64,000 nt of DNA, from assembly GCA_965217675.1 (NCBI GenBank), contig OZ244559.1:2131979-2195978 (forward strand). The letters run 5' to 3'. Source of the DNA: Dehalococcoidia bacterium (lineage in GTDB: Bacteria > Chloroflexota > Dehalococcoidia > Lucifugimonadales > UBA1127). The first letter of the stretch is position 1, and every line of letters starts with the position of its first letter. A program made the translations under genes and the position numbers. This document shows, one piece after another, positions 9,551 to 17,321 of the stretch. Below the pieces are notes generated by a model. That model had not been told where the DNA came from. It did not search any database and was given only the letters and a program-made list of their open reading frames with translations.

Positions 9551-10177
9551 ATGACCTCGGCTTTCAGCATTCTGGCGGGGACCGTGGACGACGTCCGACC
9601 CGACTCCGGCGACTGGGTCATCGTCGACCTAAGCATCTCAGAAGCTGATGCCAGCCTCACAGAATCGGGCTCCACGTGCTGTGTTTACCGGCCCGGCGGC
9701 GACCTCCATGAGTCTACATTCGGAGAAGCGGTCAACCTCGTCATCGCAGCAGCGGGCGAGGCCGGCCAACCCCTCAACCTGCTCATCGAGGCACCGCTCT
9801 CGGCTGCATTCGACAAAGGCCTCAACCCAATACCGAGGAGCATCGAGCGCAAGTTCTTTCGAGGTCGCAACCAGGTGCGAGCGTGGCACTTTCGGACCGG
9901 GGCCGTCCCCCTCCTGAGCGCAATGACGCTGCTCCGCCTGGTGTCTCGCACCACGCTGGCCCGCGACGTGCGCCTCTTCGAGGGCTTTGGGGCATTTGAG
10001 TGGGCGGGGGCACCGGGAGAAGAGGTCGTGCTGGCGCTCTGGGCAGCAGTGCGTGGGAGGAACCGGCAGCACATCAGGGGCCCAGAGGCGCTCCTGGCCG
10101 GCGAGGATGACATCCTGCTTCCGGCTTTCACCATCGACGGGGGCGACATTGGCATTCCGCCGGTGATCATGGCCTAG
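9551..10177 (+). CDS. Hypothetical protein (possible RNase H-like/DUF429-like fold, unverified)
   Basis: Open frame with typical high-GC codon usage. ATG 9551 has GGAGG 5 nt upstream (in-frame ATG 9533 also possible). Acidic strand-end motifs WVIVDLS and LLIEAPLS. Confidence 0.55.
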   Translation: MTSAFSILAGTVDDVRPDSGDWVIVDLSISEADASLTESGSTCCVYRPGGDLHESTFGEAVNLVIAAAGEAGQPLNLLIEAPLSAAFDKGLNPIPRSIERKFFRGRNQVRAWHFRTGAVPLLSAMTLLRLVSRTTLARDVRLFEGFGAFEWAGAPGEEVVLALWAAVRGRNRQHIRGPEALLAGEDDILLPAFTIDGGDIGIPPVIMA

Positions 10178-10203
10178 CACTCGCTTTCGAAGGAGTTGGC
10201 AGC

Positions 10204-10308
10204 ATGACTCTCGACCCCCTGCGCCTTTACCGCGTCGGCTTTGCCGCGGTTGACTTGACGCCATGGACGGCGGTTCACTTCGCTGCCCGACGGGGCCGCT
10301 TTCGCTGA
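10204..10308 (+). CDS. Possible small ORF (34 aa), unknown function
   Basis: ATG 10204 preceded by GAAGGAG with 7-nt spacing. Reads MTLDPLRLYRVGFAAVDLTPWTAVHFAARRGRFR. No homology evidence available. Confidence 0.2.
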   Translation: MTLDPLRLYRVGFAAVDLTPWTAVHFAARRGRFR

Positions 10309-10326
10309 TAACCAGCGGGCACGTCA

Positions 10327-12765
10327 TTACCCGGTCTCGCGCCATAGCCGCTCACCGTCCGTGCTGAACTGCACGCGCCCGTGCTCCGCCGTCACGAAGA
10401 CGTTGCCCTCCCCCACGGCCCCCATCAGGCGCTCGACAACCTCCTGCGCCGGGTGCCCGAACTGGTTGTGGAGGCCTGCGCTCACCACCACGACCTCCGG
10501 CCCCACGGCGTTCAGGAACGCCTGCGAGGATGACGTCGCGGAGCCGTGGTGCGCCGCCTTGAGCACGGTGGCCTGAAGCGGCGCGCTGGAGGCCACCAGC
10601 GCCTCCTCGGTGTAGCGGTGGATGTCGGCGGGCAGCAGGAAGGATATATCGCCGTAGCTGACCCGGAGCGTCACGCCGCTGTTGTTGCGCAGGTCCGGCG
10701 TCCACTCGGGCACGTCTGCCGGGGGGTTCAGCACGCTTATGACGACGCCGTCGCCTGTGCGGAGCTCGTACCCCGCGAAGGCTTCCACCCTCTCGGTTTC
10801 TGCACGGCCCGCCAGCGCCCGAAATGAGGCGTACTGCGCGGACTCAGACTCGACGCTTGTCTCCGCCAACAGTGACACCGTGTAGCGCTCCAGCACGGAG
10901 ACTAGGCCGTTCAGGTGGTCGGCATCCGGGTGTGTTAGGACGATGAGGTCGAGGCTTCGGTCCCAGAAGGGCATCACGCGGCCAAGCTCCCGCTGCAGCG
11001 CCTCCGGGTCCGGCCCGCCGTCGATGAGCAACTGCTTTCCTGAGGGCGTCTGGATGAATATAGCGTCGCCCTGTCCGACGTCGAGAAACGTTACGGTGAG
11101 GCGAGCGTCGGGCGCCGTGAATGCCGCCGTCCACACGACGGCGCACGCCAGCAGCAGGGCGAGCGCCACCAATCGCAAGCGCCCGCCGCCCAGTCGTTGG
11201 CCACTCGGGCCGGAGGGAGCGGGCGCGCCGTCGTCGTCCTGCCAGCGTCGAAGGCCGTAGGCCGCTCCTACCAGCAGGGCGTAGTAGCCCCACACCATGA
11301 CCGGCGTCACTCCGCCGAGCTCCAGCAGGCCGCCGGGCAGCCTTGCGGTGCCGCCAACCATCGCCAGCAAGTACGACAGCGGCCCCCACGCCACCCACCC
11401 CGTTGCTATGCCCAAGGGAGTCCAGACCGCGCCCGCCACAGCGGACGCGCCCGATGCGGCCAGCGCCAACGGGAGTGCGGGCAGAGCCAGTAAGGTCACC
11501 GGAATGCCCACATAGGAGACTCGCTCAAAGACCATGGCTACCAGAGGCAGCGTTCCCAGCGTTGCGGCGATGCCCGCCGCAGACGCTGACGTCGTGGCGC
11601 GTCCGAGGGCGGCGGACGCGCCTTCACCACCAGTAACCCTCGACGCAACTCGCGCTAGGCGGGCCTCAATGGGCGGGGCCAGCAACAGCAGCCCCACCAC
11701 CGCCGTGAAGCTCAGTTGGAAAGAGACGTTGCCCAGCAGCCTCGGGTCCAGCGCCGTCATCAGGGCGGCGGCTGTGGCAAGCGCAGGCAGGCTCGCACCC
11801 TCGCGGCCAAGGGCACGGCCAAGCAGGAAGACGCTGCCCATGAGAGCGGCTCGGGTGACCGACGGCGACATGCCGCTGACCATCGCGTAGACCCACACCG
11901 CCACGAGGGCCAGCAGCAACGCCCAACGCGCGCCGCCGAAGAGCATTCGCCCGAACGCTAGCGCGGCCCCCAGCAGGATGGCGACGTGCAGGCCGGAGAT
12001 TGCCAACAGGTGGCTCGTGCCGGTCTCTATGAAGTCCTGCCGGACCTCGTCGGGGAGGCCGCGACGCTGCCCCAGCAGCAACGAGCGGGCCAGCGCCGAC
12101 GCGGGCTCCGGCAGGCTGCGCTGCAGGCTCTCAGAGAGGGTTGCGCGGAGGGCGTAGACCCGTCGCAGCAGGGGGCTGCCTGCACCCTCGGCGTCCAACG
12201 TCAAGGCGGGGAAGCGGGCCACCGCACCAACGCCCTGCCGAGCGAGGTACTCGCGGTAGTCAAAGTCGTCGAAGACAGGCGGAGACTCTATGCCGCCGGT
12301 CAGGGTGAGGCGGTCGCCGTAGCGTACGTGGGGCGCGGCGCGTTCGAGCGCCATGCCGGCGCTGGGCGGTGCGGTGACCTGAACGCGCCCGGCAACCGGC
12401 TGCCAATCGCCGCCGGTCTCACGCTGCAGCTCGCCAAGCTGGAAGCGGTACGCGGTTGCGTCGCGCTCAGGGTCAGTGAGGACTACGCCGCGCAGGGTAA
12501 CCTGCTCCTCCACGAAGAGCGGCGAGAGCGCCTCGTCGACGGGCTGCTGCGCGGCGCCATCGCCCCACCAGGCGGCCGCTGGGAGGAGCAGGGCGCAAGC
12601 GCACCCGACTGCAATGAGCCCTCGCCTCCGTGCATGCAGGGCAGCGGCCGAACAGAGCGCGGCGCCCGCGATGCTCCAGAGCGCGAGCGCCTCGATGGGC
12701 AGCGCGGCCTGCTGGCCGAGGAGGAGGCCGCCCACCCACGCGGCGGCGAGCGCCGTCAGCTTCAT
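10327..12765 (-). CDS. comEC: DNA internalization-related competence protein ComEC/Rec2 with C-terminal metallo-beta-lactamase domain
   Basis: 812 aa. Multi-TM competence core followed by an MBL domain (FLDVGQGDAIF, THPDADH, AAHHGS). Confidence 0.9.
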   Translation of the reverse strand: MKLTALAAAWVGGLLLGQQAALPIEALALWSIAGAALCSAAALHARRRGLIAVGCACALLLPAAAWWGDGAAQQPVDEALSPLFVEEQVTLRGVVLTDPERDATAYRFQLGELQRETGGDWQPVAGRVQVTAPPSAGMALERAAPHVRYGDRLTLTGGIESPPVFDDFDYREYLARQGVGAVARFPALTLDAEGAGSPLLRRVYALRATLSESLQRSLPEPASALARSLLLGQRRGLPDEVRQDFIETGTSHLLAISGLHVAILLGAALAFGRMLFGGARWALLLALVAVWVYAMVSGMSPSVTRAALMGSVFLLGRALGREGASLPALATAAALMTALDPRLLGNVSFQLSFTAVVGLLLLAPPIEARLARVASRVTGGEGASAALGRATTSASAAGIAATLGTLPLVAMVFERVSYVGIPVTLLALPALPLALAASGASAVAGAVWTPLGIATGWVAWGPLSYLLAMVGGTARLPGGLLELGGVTPVMVWGYYALLVGAAYGLRRWQDDDGAPAPSGPSGQRLGGGRLRLVALALLLACAVVWTAAFTAPDARLTVTFLDVGQGDAIFIQTPSGKQLLIDGGPDPEALQRELGRVMPFWDRSLDLIVLTHPDADHLNGLVSVLERYTVSLLAETSVESESAQYASFRALAGRAETERVEAFAGYELRTGDGVVISVLNPPADVPEWTPDLRNNSGVTLRVSYGDISFLLPADIHRYTEEALVASSAPLQATVLKAAHHGSATSSSQAFLNAVGPEVVVVSAGLHNQFGHPAQEVVERLMGAVGEGNVFVTAEHGRVQFSTDGERLWRETG

Positions 12766-12774
12766 GCGGCGCGG

Positions 12775-13530
12775 CTATCGGACAACGTGGGTGGAGCGCA
12801 CGGGCTCGCCGGAGATGGTCACGACGACCTCGCCGTTGCCGTGCCCCAAGTACTGGAAGATGCGGAAGTCCTTGTCGCCGCCCAGGTACTCGATGGTGCC
12901 GTCATCGTGGAGGCGGAAGGGGCGGTCGTGGCCGGGGTAGAAAATGGTGGCGTTGTCGAGGAGCCGCCGGACGCTCTGTGCCGCCGATTCCTCGTCCCAG
13001 AAGACCAGGAAGGGCTTGCCGGTCTTCACGCAGTCGGCGGCGGTGAGGGCGTCGCCGGTCAGCGCAACCGAGCCCGCCGGGGTCTCCGCGACGACGGAGA
13101 CGTGGCCCTTCGAGTGACCGGGCGTCCCGAGGATGCGCACGCCGGGGGCGAGCTCCTGGCCGTCGATGACGGCGAGCACGTCGCGGCGGTTGAGCATGTC
13201 GAGGAAGTAGCCCGACGTCGCCCAGTCGGTGAGGTGCGGGTCCTTGGCGTATTCCAGCTCGTCAGCGCCGACGGCCACCTGCGCGTTCTTGAAGATGTCG
13301 ACGTTCTGGACGTGGTCCCAATGGGCGTGGGTCAGCACGACCATGTCGATGTCGTTGGGGGAGACGCCGCGGTCGGCGAGGGCCTGGACGAGCATCATTC
13401 GCCTGCCGTGGTGCGCCGTGTCGACGATGATGGTCTTGTCGCCGCGGATGAGGCCGACGGTACAGAAGCCAAGGCGGCCCTGGTCAGTGTGCGAGGTGAA
13501 CCCGGTCAGAATGAGCTCCACTTCCGGCAT
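12775..13530 (-). CDS. MBL-fold metallo-hydrolase
   Basis: HxHxDH motif (LTHAHWDHVQN) and GTPGHSKGH. GAGAGGGGGAAGA SD. Confidence 0.85.
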   Translation of the reverse strand: MPEVELILTGFTSHTDQGRLGFCTVGLIRGDKTIIVDTAHHGRRMMLVQALADRGVSPNDIDMVVLTHAHWDHVQNVDIFKNAQVAVGADELEYAKDPHLTDWATSGYFLDMLNRRDVLAVIDGQELAPGVRILGTPGHSKGHVSVVAETPAGSVALTGDALTAADCVKTGKPFLVFWDEESAAQSVRRLLDNATIFYPGHDRPFRLHDDGTIEYLGGDKDFRIFQYLGHGNGEVVVTISGEPVRSTHVVR

Positions 13531-13553
13531 GTCTTCCCCCTCTCGTTGCCCGC

Positions 13554-14147
13554 CTATCGGACGGTTACGCGGTCCTTGATGCCACTCAGCGTCGCCGGGC
13601 CGATGCCTGCGACCTGCAGCACCTCCTCGACGGTGGCGAAGCGCCCTGCGGTCTCCCGGTGATCCACGATGGCCTGTGCCTTCACCGCGCCGATGCCCGG
13701 CAGCGTCTCGAGCTCCTGTGCCGTCGCCGCGTTCAGGTCGATGACGTCACCAGCTACGGATGCGCCGCTGAGAGACGTCACAGGCGGCGTCTCGCCAATG
13801 GCCGGGACGAAGTAGTGGCCCTCGTCGCGGAGGCGGAGCGCCAAGTTGAGGCCGGATGTGTCCGCGGCCTCGACGGGCTGGCCAGCCATTCGCAGCAAGT
13901 CGACGAGGCGATCACCGTCGGAAAACGTGTAGACGCCGGGGCGGTCAACCGCTCCGGCAATGTACGCCTGCAGGGTGGGCGTCGACGTGGCCACCGGCAG
14001 CGCCACCTCCACGCCGCTCCCCGCTTCTCGCTGCACCAGCAACGCGATGCCGCCCGCAAGGGCCAGCATGAAGAGGAGGACCAAGGCCAGGGGCATCCAC
14101 CTGTCGATGCTCCGCGGGCCCGGGCCGCCCTCCGGGTTCTGTGCCAA
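13554..14147 (-). CDS. comEA: ComEA family DNA-binding protein (TM anchor + helix-hairpin-helix)
   Basis: TM segment PLALVLLFMLALAGGIALLV and C-terminal tandem HhH (LETLPGIGAVKAQAIVDHR...VAGIGPATL). TTG 14147 has GGGAG 7 nt upstream; ATG 14096 is an alternative; the ORF-track start 14279 is unlikely. Confidence 0.75.
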   Translation of the reverse strand: MAQNPEGGPGPRSIDRWMPLALVLLFMLALAGGIALLVQREAGSGVEVALPVATSTPTLQAYIAGAVDRPGVYTFSDGDRLVDLLRMAGQPVEAADTSGLNLALRLRDEGHYFVPAIGETPPVTSLSGASVAGDVIDLNAATAQELETLPGIGAVKAQAIVDHRETAGRFATVEEVLQVAGIGPATLSGIKDRVTVR

Positions 14148-14260
14148 TCGCGCACTCCCAAGTTGCGGGGGCAATGTACCACTGCTGAAGGCACCGCCGC
14201 CAGACGCCACAGCGCAAGAATATCGACTAAACTGGGGCCATCCTGTTAATTGGGGGACAC

Positions 14261-14860
14261 ATGACGACCGACGCAACACCGCCTATGGAAGACCGCGGGG
14301 CGCTCCTCTCACAGGCCATCGACGCGATGCGCGCATTGGCCGCGAACGTCAGCGGCGACCAGTGGGACGCGCAATCGCCCTGCACCGAGTGGAAGGCCAG
14401 AGACGTGGTCAACCACGTGGTGGGGGGCTCGTCGATGATCACCTCGCTGTTCGCGGGGAAGACGTGGGAGGAGGCCGGGGGAAGCAGCGAGAGCATCCCT
14501 GAGGGCGGCGACCCACTGGCGGCCTTCGACGCGGCGACGGGTGCGGCGAAGGAGGCGGTCTCCAAGCCGGGGGCCATGGAGCAGGAGGTCCAATTTGCTC
14601 GCGGGCCCATGCCGGGGGCGGGCTTTGCCTCGATGATGTTCACGGACGTCCTCATCCACGCCTGGGACCTGGCGAAGGCGACGGGGCAGGACGCGACGCT
14701 GCCCTCGGAGCTGGTGGAGGCGTCGTACGCGCTTGTGCTGCCGCGCAAGGGGCAGATGCCGGCGCCGGCCTTCGGGACGGAGGTGGACGTGCCGGAGGAC
14801 GCGGACACGCAGACCAAGCTGCTGGCGATGCTGGGGCGCGACGCAGGCTGGTCGGCCTAA
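14261..14860 (+). CDS. DinB/MDMPI-like metal-binding protein (TIGR03086-like)
   Basis: About 200 aa with an N-terminal DinB-type helix bundle signature (QWDAQSPCTEWKARDVVNHVVGG). Confidence 0.7.
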   Translation: MTTDATPPMEDRGALLSQAIDAMRALAANVSGDQWDAQSPCTEWKARDVVNHVVGGSSMITSLFAGKTWEEAGGSSESIPEGGDPLAAFDAATGAAKEAVSKPGAMEQEVQFARGPMPGAGFASMMFTDVLIHAWDLAKATGQDATLPSELVEASYALVLPRKGQMPAPAFGTEVDVPEDADTQTKLLAMLGRDAGWSA

Positions 14861-15067
14861 GGGCCCTTTCAGGGCTTCTGCTACCCGTTGTTCCCGAACG
14901 CTCTCGTCCTTCACCGGCGTTGCTGGGAGGGGTGAAGGTGGGCGCGTCCGGCCAATGCGCATGGCCGCCTCCGGGACCGCTGAACCGCCTCGCACACAAG
15001 GTCGGGGCTGCCGCATTCCGCCATGCTGCGGGTGTGGAACTGCGCCAACTGGGGAATTGTTTTCTGG

Positions 15068-15770
15068 GGCCGCCGTAGCTGCGGGATCTGAGGCCGCCGT
15101 AGCTGCGGCTTTTTTGAAAAATGATTGGGTTCATAGCTGCCGTGACGCATTGCAGCTACAAATCCAATGCAAGAACGCTCCGCGGTGTTGAAACAAATCC
15201 CTGCTGTTGGGGAGCCGAACGGCGCGCCGTCATCGATGCGGGGCGGGCGGTTGGATGGCGCGATGGCGCCCACGACGCGGTTGGGGTTTGCTACGTGCTG
15301 AAGGCTGCGGTTGATTGGGGACTGCACCATTAGAGGGGCTGTGTCTCGGGCGGCCGTAGCTGCGGCTGACCCTCTTGTGCATTCGATTTTGTAGCTGTGG
15401 TGTCGCATTGCAGCTACAAATCCAAGAAACATATTTTCGGCGAACGCCAACTCCTGCTGTTGCAGGCCGAACGGCGACCGGTCCTCGCTGCCGATGGTGC
15501 AGGTGGCTACGTCCTGATTGCTGCGGTTGGTTGCGGCTTGCACCATTAGAGGGGTTGTGTCTCGGGCGGCCGTAGCTGGAGCTGGTCCTCTTGTGCATTC
15601 GATTTTGTAGCTGCGGTGTCGCATTGCAGCTACAACTCCAAGAAACATATTTTCGGCGAACGCCAACTCCTGCTGTTGCAGGCCGAACGGCGACCTGTCC
15701 TCGCTGCCGATGGTGCGGTTGGCTACTTCCTGATTGTTGTTGTTGATTGCGGCTTGCATGCGGGGAGGGT
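15068..15770. repeat. Three tandem direct repeats (about 257, 216, 216 bp) preceded by a duplicated 17-nt near-palindromic motif
   Basis: Units begin near 15092, 15349 and 15565. Units 2 and 3 align without indels, with 14 mismatches in 194 nt by hand alignment. Motif GGCCGCCGTAGCTGCGG at 15068 and 15092, related copies at 15349 and 15565. Conserved hairpin TTTGTAGCTG-N13-CAGCTACAAA at 15388-15420 and 15604-15636. Confidence 0.85.
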
Positions 15771-15941
15771 AGCGGGGGGTGCGGCGTGGGGGCAATGGGG
15801 TGGTGGCAGGGTGGGTGTGGGATGCGTGGCACCATTCGGTGAAATGTCTCGCTCTAAAAAGCGCAAGTGCGGTGCGGTGCGACTACCCTGTGGCCAAGCG
15901 AATTCACTTGGCTCCAGAGTAGCAACAGGTATGGCGCTCAA

Positions 15942-15971
15942 TTGACTGGCATTGCAGGACCTGACTACGAT
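15942..15971 (+). promoter_or_regulatory. Candidate promoter of the DUF3800 gene
   Basis: TTGACT (15942-15947), 18-nt spacer, TACGAT (15966-15971). Confidence 0.35.
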
Positions 15972-16017
15972 GCTAGCATCTCGTATGGGGTACCCTTGGA
16001 GGCTGGAAACTCCGGCT

Positions 16018-16917
16018 ATGGGAAATACCGGTCAAGAGGCTAATGTTCCTGTGACACAAATCATCGCCTACGGAGATGAGAGCGGACTTGATGAGAAGGC
16101 CGAATATTTCCTGATGGGTGGATTTGTAGGGACACCACTGGACTGGCAAACCGTTAGGACCGAATGGCAACAAGTCTTGCGTCAGTTTGGAGTCCCTGAG
16201 TTCCACTCAGCCGATTTCTTTGGAGGCAAAGGGCAGTATCGATATTGGGAAGGGAGACACCGGGATTCGCTACTAGATTCGTTGTTAAGTGTTCTGGGCA
16301 ATAGCAGCGTCATTCCCTTGGGTTGCGCCATAACCATGAGTGAATTCTTAGAACTCACCAGTAATGAACGCCGCCTTCTTTCGGGTGCACACATGAAATT
16401 ACGCCTGTCTCTCAGGAGGCGTGATACAAGTCAACTTTTTGAGACTGGGATCGGGAGGAAACTAGAGGGTCCCGATGCCGAAAAGCAAGTTTATCGCGTG
16501 GGATTCAGATACTTCCTGGCCGCGGTGGCCTACAAGTCGCCACCAAGTTGCAGTATTGAGGTCTTCCTTGACAAAAATGAGGAGTTTGCGCCAGGTGCCT
16601 TTGAATACTTCACGGAAAGAAAAAAGGGACACAAGTATCCTGGCGGCCGTAAGTTACAGAGTCTAGATTTCGTTGACTCAGCCAAGGAACCAGCCATCCA
16701 GGCTGCTGACCTCTATGCCCACGTAGTCGCCAGGCAGCTAAACGGACACCCAAAGGACCCTAGACGACAACGAGTATGGGAAGCTTTGTGTGAGGGGCAC
16801 CCCCCGCATCTGATGAATTATCAAACCTTTAGGCAACAGCTAGATCCGTTTGAGCAGTGGGACCGCCAATTCAACATTGATTGGGGATTCCCGCCCGATC
16901 ATGAAAGCGCACTTTGA
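16018..16917 (+). CDS. DUF3800 domain-containing protein
   Basis: N-terminal IIAYGDESG block and C-terminal AIQAADLYAHVV block, the two hallmark DUF3800 motifs. G+C is 45-55% in four hand-counted 60-nt lines versus about 63% in the flanks. The ATG 16018 start (GGAGG upstream) fits the candidate promoter; ORF-track start 15952 lies inside it. Confidence 0.75.
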   Translation: MGNTGQEANVPVTQIIAYGDESGLDEKAEYFLMGGFVGTPLDWQTVRTEWQQVLRQFGVPEFHSADFFGGKGQYRYWEGRHRDSLLDSLLSVLGNSSVIPLGCAITMSEFLELTSNERRLLSGAHMKLRLSLRRRDTSQLFETGIGRKLEGPDAEKQVYRVGFRYFLAAVAYKSPPSCSIEVFLDKNEEFAPGAFEYFTERKKGHKYPGGRKLQSLDFVDSAKEPAIQAADLYAHVVARQLNGHPKDPRRQRVWEALCEGHPPHLMNYQTFRQQLDPFEQWDRQFNIDWGFPPDHESAL

Positions 16918-16961
16918 CGGTGGGGGGAAATGAAGTACGACCAATTCCCATATAACGGGTG

Positions 16962-16980
16962 AGTGGCGCGACACGCCACT
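16962..16980 (+). terminator. Short hairpin downstream of the DUF3800 gene
   Basis: AGTGGCG-CGACA-CGCCACT, 7-bp stem, no T-run. Confidence 0.3.
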
Positions 16981-17173
16981 GAGCGACATCATCGACATTA
17001 AGCGGGTTCACATTCAAGGGTGTGTTTATAGAGGACGAGCCCAATGGTGACTGCGACGATGAATGCCGGGCCGCCCTGCCCAGGGTCTGACCTCCTCTCA
17101 AGACCCTCACCATGTTTTCGAAAGGCTCAGGGCGGCGTGGGACGCGACGGGTGCTGTTGGTGGCCAGAACCCG

Positions 17174-17211
17174 GTCCCGCAGCTGCGGGACGGGCGCTTC
17201 GCGAAGCGCCC
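17174..17211. repeat. Two abutting perfect palindromes (18 bp + 20 bp)
   Basis: GTCCCGCAGCTGCGGGAC (17174-17191) immediately followed by GGGCGCTTCGCGAAGCGCCC (17192-17211). Both are exact reverse complements of themselves. Confidence 0.85.
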
Positions 17212-17321
17212 CTACGGTGGGGTGGGGGAGTTGGGGAGGCGATGGAGGTTTGGGTCAAGCCAAGGGAACGAGCAATGCTCGGTGCCCAATGGGCTGGAAG
17301 TGATAGCGTTGCCTCAGCAGG

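Noticed and set aside
11986-13662. 558-aa plus-strand ORF opposite comEC and the MBL hydrolase
   Set aside because: It is antisense to genes with clear MBL and competence motifs, and its composition is low-complexity.
14911-15795. 294-aa minus-strand ORF running through all three tandem repeat units
   Set aside because: It is open only because the repeat periods are multiples of 3. There is no SD (CCCCTCTA precedes the internal ATGs). Unit-to-unit changes are almost all nonsynonymous in this frame (about 12 versus 1). It would encode through a perfect 10-bp hairpin in each unit. It is kept as one hypothesis within the repeat finding, not as a feature.
15616-15945. 109-aa plus-strand ORF starting in repeat unit 3 and reading through the G-run tract
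   Set aside because: Its length results only from loss of the unit's TAG stop. The tail is poly-Gly/Trp/Val encoded by the G-rich tract and runs into the DUF3800 promoter.
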